Assembly: GCA_947448095.1 (NCBI GenBank)
Contig: CANFNN010000001.1
Location: 1-32,418, forward strand
Reading direction: 5' to 3'
Length of the DNA: 32,418 bases
Source of the DNA: Bacteriovoracaceae bacterium
GTDB taxonomy: Bacteria > Bdellovibrionota > Bacteriovoracia > Bacteriovoracales > Bacteriovoracaceae
Below, in pieces: positions 1 to 9,484 of the stretch. The notes under the pieces are model-generated. The model ran no database searches. It saw nothing but the letters and a program-made list of their open reading frames with translations, and was not told where the DNA came from. The position numbers and the translations under genes were made by a program. Within the stretch, counting starts at the first letter, position 1. Each line of letters starts with the position of its first letter.

Positions 1-157
1 CCTCAAGAGTTTGACGGCACTGCTTATAAAGATCGATGCCTTCTTCAAAACGAAGCAGACTCTCATTCAAACTGGTATCACCCGACTCAAGCTCTCGGAC
101 AATTTGTTCCAATTTAATGAGTGATGTTTCAAAGTCCTTATCAGTTTTGCCGGTCAT
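1..157 (-). CDS. xseB: Exodeoxyribonuclease VII small subunit, 5' part (runs off the window)
   Basis: Manual translation from ATG at 157: MTGKTDKDFETSLIKLEQIVRELESGDTSLNESLLRFEEGIDLYKQCRQTLE, the typical XseB pattern FE..L..LE.IV..LE.G..SL..SL..FEEG..L...C...L. GGAG SD upstream. Not in the ORF track. Confidence 0.9.
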   Translation of the reverse strand, partial: MTGKTDKDFETSLIKLEQIVRELESGDTSLNESLLRFEEGIDLYKQCRQTLE

Positions 158-267
158 AATGCTTCTCCGTTGCCGTTTTGACACTCCTATCGTCCCATAA
201 GCCACCGGCCTTCGACAAGTTTTCGAGGAGTTATAATCAAATGGAGTAAATTGCCCTGCTAGGTTTT

Positions 268-283
268 TGGCACAGGGGTTGCT
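268..283 (+). promoter_or_regulatory. Sigma-54 (-24/-12) promoter for the flgF operon
   Basis: TGGCAC-AGGGG-TTGCT is an exact match to TGGCAC-N5-TTGCW, about 50 nt upstream of the likely flgF start. Confidence 0.85.
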
Positions 284-312
284 AAAATTGCCTACGAGGG
301 CAGTTTTAGCCC

Positions 313-333
313 ACTCCATCAGGATGAAGGAGT
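313..333 (+). promoter_or_regulatory. AGGAT-loop hairpin overlapping the flgF SD (putative CsrA site)
   Basis: ACTCCATC-AGGAT-GAAGGAGT forms 7 of 8 pairs. The 3' arm contains the AAGGAG SD. Confidence 0.55.
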
Positions 334-335
334 CC

Positions 336-1178
336 ATGAAGAATATTTGGGTACCATTATCGGGCCAAGTGGCCCAACAAAGAAAAGTTGAGACGATTGC
401 CAACAACGTGGCAAACGCTAACACCGTTGGTTTTAAAAAAGACCAATTGGTTTTCAAAGAACATCTAACCGCCTTTACTCAAGGGGTGGAAGATATTCAT
501 ATTCCGAGAAAAGAATTTTCCCCGGGCGATTTTTATCATTCTCAAGGAGCGGAAAATGCCATGGTTGCCGTTGATGGCAGTTACACCATTCATGAGCAAG
601 GCCAATTCATTCCCACTAGTAATCCTTTAGATATCGCACTCAAAGGTGATGGATTTTTAGAAGTCCTCACTCCCAATGGTGTGCGATTTACAAGAAAAGG
701 AAATCTCTCGTTAAATCGCGACAGTGAAGTCGTAACAGATCAGGGTTTTAAAGTGCTTACGGCACTTGAAGTTGCTCCGGAAGCCATGAGAGAGCCAGCT
801 GCTATTAATTCAATTCCAAAACCAGAAGATCGAGTCCTTAAAGTTCCGACCAACTCTAAGTTAACCATCTCTCTTGACGGTGAAGTTCTCACAAGTGGTG
901 GCAGCGTTGGAAAACTCTCGCTTGTCGAGTTCTCCGATAAGCATGCCCTTCGAAAAGAAGGGAACTCACTCTATTTAACACCTGATGAGACGAATATTCT
1001 CAGAACCGATATTAAAACCACAGTTAATCAAGGTTTCCTTGAGGGATCTAATGTAAATGCCATTGAAGAAATGTCTGAGCTTATTAAAGCTCACCGACAT
1101 TTTGAATCAATCCAAAAAGCAATTAATGCTTATGACAGCATTTCCGGTAAGGCCGCCAATGAAATTGGTAAATTTTAA
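336..1178 (+). CDS. flgF: Flagellar basal-body rod protein FlgF
   Basis: N-terminal IANNVANANTVGFK, NPLDIALKGDGF, C-terminal LEGSNVNAIEEM; precedes flgG. Start moved to ATG 336 (AAGGAG SD) because the track start at 267 lies in the sigma-54 promoter. Confidence 0.92.
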   Translation: MKNIWVPLSGQVAQQRKVETIANNVANANTVGFKKDQLVFKEHLTAFTQGVEDIHIPRKEFSPGDFYHSQGAENAMVAVDGSYTIHEQGQFIPTSNPLDIALKGDGFLEVLTPNGVRFTRKGNLSLNRDSEVVTDQGFKVLTALEVAPEAMREPAAINSIPKPEDRVLKVPTNSKLTISLDGEVLTSGGSVGKLSLVEFSDKHALRKEGNSLYLTPDETNILRTDIKTTVNQGFLEGSNVNAIEEMSELIKAHRHFESIQKAINAYDSISGKAANEIGKF

Positions 1179-1194
1179 GTAAGGAGATATTAAT

Positions 1195-1980
1195 ATGATG
1201 CGTGCACTCCACACTTCGGCCACTGGTATGGCGGCCCAAGAGTCTAACGTAAACACGATATCCAACAATATCGCCAACGTGAATACAACAGGATTTAAAA
1301 AAGACCGAACAGAATTTGATGACCTTCTTTATGAAACTGTACAAGAAGCGGGAGCAAAGTCTTCTGCGAATTCTGAATACAATGTTGGTCTTCAAGTCGG
1401 ATCAGGAGCGAAAGTTTCAGCTACCAGAAAGATCCATTCGCAAGGTTCTCCTCAGATGACTAATAACCCGTATGATTTAATGATTAACGGCGAAGGCTTT
1501 TTAGGAATTATCGGACCTAATGGTGAACTGAAATATACCAGAGATGGAAGCTTTAATGTTGATTCTCAAGGTAACATGGTCACTCGAGCAGGTCATAGAG
1601 TTTTCCCAGGAATTGTAGTTCCTCCGAATATTATGAAAATCAGTATCTCTGAAAATGGGAATGTTGAAGCCTTTACCAGAGAATCCATTGAGCCTATTAA
1701 TTTGGGTCAAGTCCCGATATTTACATTTGTGAATCCTGTGGGTCTTCGCTCAGAGGGCGGAAACATGATGGGAGCGACTTCTGGTAGTGGCCAGGCGATG
1801 CAAAATATCCCAGGAGAAAATGGTTCGGGCATGCTCATGCAAGGGGCAATTGAGGCTTCAAACGTGAACGTCATGAATGAAATGACTGACTTGATTAAGG
1901 CCCAACGTGCTTATGAAATGAATTCAAAAGTCATGGGTGTTGCGGATCAAATGTTACAAACCGTAAATAACATAAGATAA
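1195..1980 (+). CDS. flgG: Flagellar basal-body rod protein FlgG
   Basis: MMRALHTSATGMAAQ..ISNNIANVNTTGFKK..FDDLLY, GLQVGSG, EASNVNVMNEMTDLIKAQRAYEMNSK; 261 aa. Confidence 0.97.
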   Translation: MMRALHTSATGMAAQESNVNTISNNIANVNTTGFKKDRTEFDDLLYETVQEAGAKSSANSEYNVGLQVGSGAKVSATRKIHSQGSPQMTNNPYDLMINGEGFLGIIGPNGELKYTRDGSFNVDSQGNMVTRAGHRVFPGIVVPPNIMKISISENGNVEAFTRESIEPINLGQVPIFTFVNPVGLRSEGGNMMGATSGSGQAMQNIPGENGSGMLMQGAIEASNVNVMNEMTDLIKAQRAYEMNSKVMGVADQMLQTVNNIR

Positions 1981-1983
1981 ATA

Positions 1984-2859
1984 ATGAAATATGCTCTTCT
2001 TCTTTTAGCTTTTATCACTCAATGGGCTTGGGCCTGTGAGGTTCATCTTCCCTATCAATTACTTGTCTTCAATGACGACAAGAGCGGCCAGGAGATTTAT
2101 CAAGCTAAGAACTGTGATCTTTCCGCTCTAGATACTCTTCACCAGGTTGTGACTTCACTTGAGGGCCGAGTGGCATCTTTTCAATTAAAAGAAATGATGA
2201 ATTCGCGTGGTCATAATATTGAAATCCAACCTCAATCATTTTTCATCCAACAATTTCGAAGCTTAATTCGTGAGCAGTTGGCACTTCCAACAGGAGTTCA
2301 AGTCAAAGCTTCAAGCCCCATTAATATGCCAGGTATTTTGGCACTTCCAGCTGGGGATAAAATTGAGATCAGCTGCTCGACTTGCCTCTTTGGATATCAG
2401 CAACCTTTAAATGTAAGTATTTTAGGATTTGATGGCTCCAGACAATCAATGCGCGCAACGGCTGATTTTAAGAAATTAGTCAAAGCCTACAGACTCATTT
2501 CGGCTTTGCCTTCATTCAGCTCGATTAATGCCTCTGACGTTTTAAAAGAAGAATATATTGAATCGATTCCCCATACTGATCTAATTTCAGATATTGAGAC
2601 ACTCGCATTTTATAAAACCAACAAGCCACTCAAAGCAGGTGAGATTCTTAAAACGTCAGACCTCAATGCCGTTAATTTAGTTAAGGCAGGCCTTAAAACT
2701 GAAGTTGTACTTGAAAATCAAATGATTCGTATTAAAACTCAAGGAATCAGCCGCAGTAATGGAACCATTGGTGAATTAGTTGAGGTCTATCATCCTCAAA
2801 AAAATAAAAAATATCAGGGCCGAGTAGTTGATATCAACAAGGTGCTTGTCGAGCTATGA
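1984..2859 (+). CDS. flgA: Flagellar P-ring formation chaperone FlgA
   Basis: Signal peptide, C-terminal SAF/FlgA-like segment (LKAGEIL..LVKAG..GTIGELVEV..KKYQGRVVD), located between flgG and flgH. Confidence 0.85.
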   Translation: MKYALLLLAFITQWAWACEVHLPYQLLVFNDDKSGQEIYQAKNCDLSALDTLHQVVTSLEGRVASFQLKEMMNSRGHNIEIQPQSFFIQQFRSLIREQLALPTGVQVKASSPINMPGILALPAGDKIEISCSTCLFGYQQPLNVSILGFDGSRQSMRATADFKKLVKAYRLISALPSFSSINASDVLKEEYIESIPHTDLISDIETLAFYKTNKPLKAGEILKTSDLNAVNLVKAGLKTEVVLENQMIRIKTQGISRSNGTIGELVEVYHPQKNKKYQGRVVDINKVLVEL

Positions 2860-3620
2860 AAATCCTAACTCTTGGCCTTTTATTCTTTTTAACTTCGTGT
2901 GCAAATTACGTTAATAATATTCATCGTCAAATTGATCGTGAAGAAAAAGTAGCGCGAGGAGATACCAGTCAAGGCATGCGTGAACATTATGCCCCTTATA
3001 AAAGTCGCTTCAATCGCGAAGATGATAAACGTCCCATTAAAGATCCTCGAACGTATTCTATGAGTGATGGCGGGCCATCAGCTCAGCTCAAGCCACCAGT
3101 CAAACGAGAATACAGGCCTCAGAGATATAAGGCAGACGATTTTGTTGATTCAGACAGTGGTGGAAGTTTATGGGCCAATCAAGGATCAAGTTCATCACTC
3201 TTTACCTACCAAAATGATAAGCACACCGGTGACATGGTCATCATCAATGTTTTAGAAAATCTCAGAAATCAAATTTCGGCAGAATTAAAACGTGTTTTTC
3301 CAGAGAGACCCAAAAAAGTCGCTGATGGTGCTAAGCCTGATGCGAAAGGAGCCGCCGCTCAAGCTCCGGCAGCAAATGCCCCAGGTCGTGAAGAAGAAAT
3401 GGATATGAAAATTTATGATAAGATTTCTGGGACAGTGATGGAGGAAATCAGTAAAGATTATATCCTCCTTCGCGGCAGAAAAGACGTGATCTTCAAGAAG
3501 GAAAAACAGTCCATAGAAGTTCAGGGTCTTGTTTCAAGAAAAGACATCATGGAAAATGATTACGTTAACTCAGACAGGCTCTTAGATTCACGAGTTTTCA
3601 TTATAAGGGAAAATCAATGA
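2856..3620 (+). CDS. flgH: Flagellar L-ring lipoprotein FlgH (divergent)
   Basis: Lipobox LTSC, GSLW, GDMVIINV, ISGTVMEE..LLRGRK..GLVSRKDI..N.VNS.RL; located between flgA and flgI. Confidence 0.82.
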   Translation: MKILTLGLLFFLTSCANYVNNIHRQIDREEKVARGDTSQGMREHYAPYKSRFNREDDKRPIKDPRTYSMSDGGPSAQLKPPVKREYRPQRYKADDFVDSDSGGSLWANQGSSSSLFTYQNDKHTGDMVIINVLENLRNQISAELKRVFPERPKKVADGAKPDAKGAAAQAPAANAPGREEEMDMKIYDKISGTVMEEISKDYILLRGRKDVIFKKEKQSIEVQGLVSRKDIMENDYVNSDRLLDSRVFIIRENQ

Positions 3621-4615
3621 AAAGAATCCTCTCAATTGTTCTATGCGCCCTTGCTCTGCCTTCGATGGCGGCATCCAGTCGTCTCAAAGACTTGGTGACT
3701 ATAAAAGGCGTTCGAGAGAATCCCCTCGTCGGTTATGGACTCGTGATTGGACTCAATGGCACTGGCGACGGTGGCGGTGAAATCACCAATACTTCTTTAA
3801 AGAAAATGTTTCAGACCTTAGGACTTAATCCGCAAAAAGAAGTGACTTCTAAAAATGTTGCCGCAGTTATTGTGACGGCGAAACTTCCTGCTTTTGGTCG
3901 TGTAGGTCAAAAAATGGGCGTGACTATCTCCTCTATTGGAGACGCCTCTTCACTTGCTGGCGGCACACTTCTCGTTACTCCCCTCAAAGGTGGTGATGGC
4001 CAGATCTATGCTGTGGCCAATGGGGCCCTTTCAATAGGTGGTTTAGAGAAAGGAAAAAAAATGGCGACTACGGGTCGCATCCCTGACGGTGGAATTATCG
4101 AAAAAGAAGTCGAGATGGCCTTTAATGATAAAAAAGCTGTTCGTATGGCACTCAATAATCCAGATTTCACAACGGCTGCCCGAATTGAGAAAACCATCAA
4201 TCAAGAACTGGGTGGCAAGTATGCAACTGCTTCAGATGCTACGACCATAGACGTCATTATTCCTACTTTTTATGAACGTAAAGTAGTTGAGCTAATTGCT
4301 AATATTGAAAATTATAAAGTCATCGCCGATGTTGCCGCCAAAATTGTCATCAATGAGCGCACAGGTACTTTGGTTGCTGGTGGTGACATTGTTTTAAAAA
4401 AATCCGCCGTCAGCCACCGCGATATGGTGCTTGAAGTTAAAGGTGGAGACGAAAGCACGGGTAAAAAAGTCATGCAGGCCATGGAACAAACCACTACTAT
4501 CAATGACTTAGTAAAAGCCCTGAATGCTTTGGGGACAACCCCTGAAGATTTAATTTCTATCTTTCAAGCCCTCAAGGAAAATGGTTCGTTACTCGCAGAG
4601 ATCGAAGTCATCTAG
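3617..4615 (+). CDS. flgI: Flagellar P-ring protein FlgI
   Basis: RLKDL..GVRENPLVGYGLVIGLNGTGD, KNVAAVIVTA.LP, SSIGDASSLAGGTLLVTPL, NPDFTTA, INERTGT, LVKALNALG. Confidence 0.97.
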   Translation: MKRILSIVLCALALPSMAASSRLKDLVTIKGVRENPLVGYGLVIGLNGTGDGGGEITNTSLKKMFQTLGLNPQKEVTSKNVAAVIVTAKLPAFGRVGQKMGVTISSIGDASSLAGGTLLVTPLKGGDGQIYAVANGALSIGGLEKGKKMATTGRIPDGGIIEKEVEMAFNDKKAVRMALNNPDFTTAARIEKTINQELGGKYATASDATTIDVIIPTFYERKVVELIANIENYKVIADVAAKIVINERTGTLVAGGDIVLKKSAVSHRDMVLEVKGGDESTGKKVMQAMEQTTTINDLVKALNALGTTPEDLISIFQALKENGSLLAEIEVI

Positions 4616-4636
4616 CACCTAGGTCAAATTTTCCTA

Positions 4637-4659
4637 GGGGTGTTTTTTACTAACACCCC
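4637..4659. repeat. Inverted repeat in the flgI-flgJ spacer
   Basis: GGGGTGTT-TTTTACT-AACACCCC, an 8-bp perfect stem with no downstream U-tract. Confidence 0.5.
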
Positions 4660-4689
4660 CCCGTCGAAAAATGCTACACTTTAAATAGA

Positions 4690-4728
4690 ATCTCATCAGG
4701 ATGATGGGATCAAGAAACCAGGATGGTT
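4690..4728 (+). promoter_or_regulatory. Tandem AGGAT-loop hairpins in the flgJ leader (putative CsrA sites)
   Basis: ATCTCATC-AGGAT-GATGGGAT (4690-4710, 8 bp with one G:U) and AACC-AGGAT-GGTT (4716-4728). The second loop is the likely SD of GTG 4733. Confidence 0.65.
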
Positions 4729-4732
4729 CCGA

Positions 4733-5092
4733 GTGAAAGTCACAGCAGATTTCAAAACTCTCCCCGCTCAAAAGCCAACCAATCCTATTAAACCGTTTGA
4801 AGAGATTGCAGAAGGCATGGAAGCGAATTTTACATCACACATGTTAGCAGAAATGCGCAAAACAGTTCCTAAAGAGGATCAAGACTCTTCTGCCATGGAG
4901 TACTATAATTCTTTGTTAGATTACGAACGTGCCCAACTTATGGCAAAGTCTGATAGCGGTCTGGGAGTGAAGAAAGTCATCCTCGACCAGATTGTTCCTC
5001 AGCATATGAAGCATTATTTAAAAAACGCGCAAGCCCCGGTGCCAAGTCAAGGATTGACGAAAGTATCCATGAAGGAGAATTCAAATGAGTAG
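4733..5092 (+). CDS. flgJ: Short FlgJ (rod-binding domain only, no muramidase)
   Basis: AEGMEANF..HMLAEMRKTVP..YNSLLD.ERAQ.MA..GLGV...I.DQ rod-binding signature; follows flgI. Confidence 0.85.
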   Translation: MKVTADFKTLPAQKPTNPIKPFEEIAEGMEANFTSHMLAEMRKTVPKEDQDSSAMEYYNSLLDYERAQLMAKSDSGLGVKKVILDQIVPQHMKHYLKNAQAPVPSQGLTKVSMKENSNE

Positions 5093-5411
5093 TATCGACA
5101 CCCGTTCTTCATTTTTCCCTAGAACCAATACAACGAAATCAGAATCGGCCAAGGGTGGAAGTCAGGTTGGCGGAGCTAACCGTAACACCGCTGAGCGTGC
5201 GACAGAAATTATGGATAAAACTGGAACTGATGCTCAGGTGAGTATCGGAGACGGTGTAAAAGAATTTGCTCGTATTAAAAAAGCTGCAATGAATGCACCT
5301 GAAGTTGATAATTCAGAAAAAATCGCCCGTCTTAAGGCCCAGATTGCGGCCGGAACATATGAAGTGGATTATGACGGCTTGGCCGACAAAATCCTAACGA
5401 CAGAGTTTTAA
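5085..5411 (+). CDS. flgM: Anti-sigma-28 factor FlgM
   Basis: C-terminal PEVDNSEKIARLKAQIAAGTYEVDYDGLADKIL; precedes flgN. Confidence 0.92.
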   Translation: MSSIDTRSSFFPRTNTTKSESAKGGSQVGGANRNTAERATEIMDKTGTDAQVSIGDGVKEFARIKKAAMNAPEVDNSEKIARLKAQIAAGTYEVDYDGLADKILTTEF

Positions 5412-5423
5412 GGAGCCCTGAAA

Positions 5424-5927
5424 ATGGATCTACGTCTGGACGAGAAAAAACTTTATTACCATCACGTGCTAAGCGTTTGGGAAGGTTTTTGCCAACTCCA
5501 CAAAGAACTTTTTGATCTGACTTGTGATGAGTACATGACTCTATTGGCAAGCGACGTCGATAAACTTGAAGGAATGCTGCCCCTTAAAGAAGAAATTATT
5601 GGAAAGATCAGCGAACTTGAAATTGATAGAACTGAACTGATTGAAAAATTAAATAATAGTAAAATTTTTAGTAAGCATATTGCCACTTCTGGAGATTTGC
5701 TCCTGGCATTTGCAGAAATGGATCAACAAGCAGGACTGCCTGCTTTGAAAAACTTGAATTCTCTATTGATCGATATTATTCACAGAATTCAAGAGCAAAA
5801 TAAAAAGAACCAGATGTTCTTAAACAAAGCGATGCTCTCTTTGCGTGAAATCAAACAAGGTTTCACAGGCAAAAAAACATATACAACTTATGGCGCGGAC
5901 GGAATGACTCGCGCTGTTGGGCGATAA
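5424..5927 (+). CDS. flgN: Flagellar export chaperone FlgN
   Basis: Helical protein with N..N...L pattern and C-terminal TYGADG; located between flgM and flgK. Confidence 0.82.
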   Translation: MDLRLDEKKLYYHHVLSVWEGFCQLHKELFDLTCDEYMTLLASDVDKLEGMLPLKEEIIGKISELEIDRTELIEKLNNSKIFSKHIATSGDLLLAFAEMDQQAGLPALKNLNSLLIDIIHRIQEQNKKNQMFLNKAMLSLREIKQGFTGKKTYTTYGADGMTRAVGR

Positions 5928-5945
5928 TAGCCAAGGGACCAAGGA

Positions 5946-7412
5946 TTGGGCTCAGACTTATTAAGTATTGGTAAATCAGGCCTCTTTACAGCGAAGCAGT
6001 CGATGTCTACTACTTCGCACAATATTGCCAACGCAAATACGGAGGGCTTCTCACGCCAGGAAGTCAGAACTGAAACCGGTATTTCCCTTGGTGAGGGTGA
6101 TTATGTCGTCGGTTCCGGAGTAGAAATCCAAAGCATCCGTAGAGCTCACGACGAGCTAGTTGAAAAGAAACTCAATACTTCTATTACAAGCCATAAATTT
6201 AATGAAGAAAGAACTAGTCAGCTTGGTCAAGTCGAAGAAGTTTTTAACGAAATTAATTCTGATGGTATGAATAAAGTCCTTAACCGATTTTTCAATTCCA
6301 TGAGTGAATTGTCTAACCAGCCTGAAAACGAAACAGTAAGAACAGTTGTAAAAGAAAACGCTAAAATTGTAGTCGGCGACTTTCATCGAATTCAAAGTAG
6401 CCTTGATCATATTCGTGCTGGAATTAACAAAAAAGTTAATCTTACGGTTCAAGAAATCAATGGGCTCACAACCAATATAGCGAAACTCAATAAAGAAATT
6501 AATATCCAGGAAGTCTCTGGTGGTATGGCAAATGATCTGCGTGATCAACGAGATAATTCCCTACGTACTTTAGCTGAATTTTTCCCACTGCAGGTTTATA
6601 CTGATGGGCAAAATCAATTTGTAGTAAATATTGAAGGCGTTGGTTCCATTGTAGCGGGTGGCCTTGCTCAGGAATTGGCCGTAGGCTCCACCATCAAAGA
6701 CGGATCATCCAATATTGATAAAGGTAATGCCGAACTCTTTTTTGCTAATCGTCCTGGCATTCCCTTCACTGATAAAATCAAAAGCGGAACCCTGGGTGGA
6801 CTCCTAAAAACTCGAAACGATGAAGTTGATGGTCTTGAAAAGCAACTCGATGAACTTGCCCATGGCCTAGTCCATGCTACAAATGCGATTCACAGACGTG
6901 GTTTTGCCAATCACCCTGTGCCAGTTGATGCCGAAGGCAATCCTGTTCCTAATGCCTCTCTAAGAAAAGTAACGGGTATCAATTTCTTTAAAGAGCCGCT
7001 TGATATGAAGCGTGCAGCTGAATATATCGACATATCTGATGACATCAAAGAAGACGTAAACAACATCGCGACTGCCCTCGAGGCCAATAAACCTGGAGAT
7101 AACCGTGTCGCTTTAGCGATCTCTAAATTACAACACGAAAAAGTTCTAGGAAGTGGAACCACCACTTTCGAGGAGCAATATTTAAAATCAGTGGGAAATA
7201 TTGGTCTTCAGACCGGTAAATCTAAAATTGATAGTGAGCAGTCATCAGGAATTCTCGCTCAGGCAAAATCCTTTAAAGAACGTCTTTCTGGAGTTTCCTT
7301 GGATGAAGAAGCGGCCAATATGGTTCGCTACCAGAACGCCTATGAAGCTTCTGCTAAAGTGATCAAAGCATCTGATGAAATGTTCAGAGCGGTCTTGGGA
7401 TTACTCTCATGA
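5946..7412 (+). CDS. flgK: Hook-associated protein FlgK
   Basis: L.IGKSGL..HNIANANTEGFSRQ, ANDLRDQRD, SGVSLDEEAANMVRYQNAYEASAKVI; TTG start. Confidence 0.96.
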   Translation: MGSDLLSIGKSGLFTAKQSMSTTSHNIANANTEGFSRQEVRTETGISLGEGDYVVGSGVEIQSIRRAHDELVEKKLNTSITSHKFNEERTSQLGQVEEVFNEINSDGMNKVLNRFFNSMSELSNQPENETVRTVVKENAKIVVGDFHRIQSSLDHIRAGINKKVNLTVQEINGLTTNIAKLNKEINIQEVSGGMANDLRDQRDNSLRTLAEFFPLQVYTDGQNQFVVNIEGVGSIVAGGLAQELAVGSTIKDGSSNIDKGNAELFFANRPGIPFTDKIKSGTLGGLLKTRNDEVDGLEKQLDELAHGLVHATNAIHRRGFANHPVPVDAEGNPVPNASLRKVTGINFFKEPLDMKRAAEYIDISDDIKEDVNNIATALEANKPGDNRVALAISKLQHEKVLGSGTTTFEEQYLKSVGNIGLQTGKSKIDSEQSSGILAQAKSFKERLSGVSLDEEAANMVRYQNAYEASAKVIKASDEMFRAVLGLLS

Positions 7413-7422
7413 GGCATAACAT

Positions 7423-8463
7423 ATGAGTAGGGTTTCAGAAAATTCATCGCTTAACTCAGTTAACTACGCGGTTGGAAAAACCAAGAGTAAAGTTGAGGAT
7501 TTGCAACTCAAAGGATCGACTCTTAAACGGATGTCGAAGCCTTCTGATGATCCTATTGGAAACGTTGAACTCATGGCGATGCGTTCTCAAAATGTTGATG
7601 CCGACCAATATCTTCGAAACCTGAACTTTGCCCAAACCAATCTTGCGTACACGGAAAATATTTTAGAAGAGATGACGGATATTTTAGTTAAAGCCAAAGA
7701 ACTCGCTATCGGGCAAGCCTCTTCTATTTATAGTCCTGAAATTCGCGAAGGCGTCTCTAAAGAAATTCACCAAATGCGCCAGCAGGTTCTAGGTCTGGCC
7801 AATAAGAGAATTGGGAATCGCTATATTTTCGCAGGCCAGAAAGTACTTACTCGTCCGTTTGATCAAGATGGTAAGTACATGGGTGATAAAAATAAAATCA
7901 ATATCGAAATCAATAAAGATGTTTTCATTCCCATTAATATAAATGGGAATGAACTTTTCTTTGGAAAAGAGAAAAAACCGATTGAACGAAGTCACGTAGA
8001 TCTTGCTATACCGGGCCTACCAGGCGGCGTAGAAATTAAAGTCGATCTTCCTCTACCAAATCTAGAAATTGACGCTAAAGGTATTCATCGTGTCCCAGCA
8101 TCAACCGGTGAGGATGCACAATCAGTTGCCGTCAGCGTCTTTGATGAGCTTCGCTCCCTCGAGAATGCTCTCTTAACTGATAACCCTCAAATCATTCAAG
8201 GTTTACTGGAGCGCCTAGACACAAGTACTGAGCGCATGGTGGCACTGCGAACTGAGATTGGGGCACTGACTAATACGATTACAAATTCAGAAACCAACAT
8301 AGAAAAGACAAAACTTCTTAATGATGCGCATAAAAGCAAAATTGAAGATGCCGATGTTGCGGAACTCATGGGGGATCTGCAAAAAGAACAGGCCGTCCTT
8401 AAGGCAACCTATAGAGCGAGTGCTAATTTGATGAATGTTAGCCTCATGGACTTCCTAAAATAA
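7423..8463 (+). CDS. flgL: Hook-associated protein FlgL
   Basis: KRMSKPSDDP, LAN....RYIFAG....RPF, IEDADVAE; follows flgK. Confidence 0.94.
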   Translation: MSRVSENSSLNSVNYAVGKTKSKVEDLQLKGSTLKRMSKPSDDPIGNVELMAMRSQNVDADQYLRNLNFAQTNLAYTENILEEMTDILVKAKELAIGQASSIYSPEIREGVSKEIHQMRQQVLGLANKRIGNRYIFAGQKVLTRPFDQDGKYMGDKNKINIEINKDVFIPININGNELFFGKEKKPIERSHVDLAIPGLPGGVEIKVDLPLPNLEIDAKGIHRVPASTGEDAQSVAVSVFDELRSLENALLTDNPQIIQGLLERLDTSTERMVALRTEIGALTNTITNSETNIEKTKLLNDAHKSKIEDADVAELMGDLQKEQAVLKATYRASANLMNVSLMDFLK

Positions 8464-8593
8464 GAAATTCTTACATAATCTTAACTTTTTTATCAAATTA
8501 CCTTGATTTTTCCCCTATATTTGACGTAAACCCATCGCAACAGTAACTTTATTGAGTGAAGACATATTCTTGACACGATAGACAAGGATCCAC

Positions 8594-8824
8594 ATGCTAG
8601 TTCTGACACGGAAGCTGGGAGAAAGCATTGCAATCGATGATAATATCAAAATCGTTGTAGTGCAGATAAAAGGCAAACAAGTTCGCCTAGGCATCAAAGC
8701 CCCCAAAGAAACTAAGATCCACCGCGAGGAAGTATACCAAGCGATTCAGGATCAAAACACAGAAGCTGTTCAAGCAAGCATGGGCGATATTGCGCGCCTC
8801 GGCGAAGAATTGAAGAAGAAATAA
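8594..8824 (+). CDS. csrA: Carbon storage regulator CsrA
   Basis: [48 protein letters not shown] is a canonical CsrA sequence, with the C-terminal helix typical of FliW-regulated CsrAs. Confidence 0.98.
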   Translation: MLVLTRKLGESIAIDDNIKIVVVQIKGKQVRLGIKAPKETKIHREEVYQAIQDQNTEAVQASMGDIARLGEELKKK

Positions 8825-8912
8825 TTTTCCCCCTTGATCATTTAAACGATTGACTGGTACCATCAAAGTGTTATGGTAGGAATACCTTACCATTTTATTT
8901 TGGAGGACATCC

Positions 8913-9464
8913 GTGAAAGTCAAAACCACCAGATTTGGGGAACTTGAAGTTAACCCAACTGATCTCGTCACATTTGCTGAGGGACTTTTTGGTTTTGAAA
9001 ACCTCAAAAAATACTTCGTAGTAGATCCAGGTGACAGCACTCTTATTCTTTGGCTTCAATCAACTGAAGAAGAAAAAGTAGCTTTTCCAATTATCGAACC
9101 AAAGATTTTCAAACCAGACTATATTGCCAAGCTTTTGCCAGCTGATTTAAATGGCCTAGAGCTAGAATCTCTTCAGGCAGCCAAGCTTTATTGCATTCTT
9201 ACAGTTCCGGCCAACGTTACTGAAATGTCTGCAAATCTTAAGGCACCGATTGTTATAAATTCAGCTAAAAAAATTGGTAAGCAAATTGTTCTTCAAGATT
9301 CAAAAGTTTCTGTGAAACATGAAATGTATAAAGAACTTAAAACTTATATCGTGAACTTTTCTTCTGATGATGCTCGTCGCACATCTTTTGAGCCAAGTAT
9401 CACTGTTGAGTCTGGAGATCTTAAGGGTGCTAAAAACATCACAAGAATTCTTGAAGCCCAATAG
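8913..9464 (+). CDS. fliW: Flagellar assembly factor FliW
   Basis: VKTTRFGE..FAEGLFGFE..WLQS..AF..P..F.PDY..SANLKAPIVIN..GKQIVL; adjacent to csrA. Confidence 0.95.
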   Translation: MKVKTTRFGELEVNPTDLVTFAEGLFGFENLKKYFVVDPGDSTLILWLQSTEEEKVAFPIIEPKIFKPDYIAKLLPADLNGLELESLQAAKLYCILTVPANVTEMSANLKAPIVINSAKKIGKQIVLQDSKVSVKHEMYKELKTYIVNFSSDDARRTSFEPSITVESGDLKGAKNITRILEAQ

Positions 9465-9484
9465 TATCAAATTAAAGCTTATAT

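Noticed and set aside
248-292. AAATTGCC direct repeat (248-255, 285-292) flanking the sigma-54 site as an activator box
   Set aside because: Only 8 nt and two copies in AT-rich DNA; cannot be distinguished from chance.
267-335. N-terminal extension of FlgF from TTG 267
   Set aside because: The codon overlaps the sigma-54 -24 box; ATG 336 has an SD and matches the family start.
4616-5084. Sigma-28 promoter for flgM
   Set aside because: GTCGAAAA (4663-4670) lacks a spaced -35 box, and the TCAAG just upstream of flgM lacks a CCGAT -10 box.
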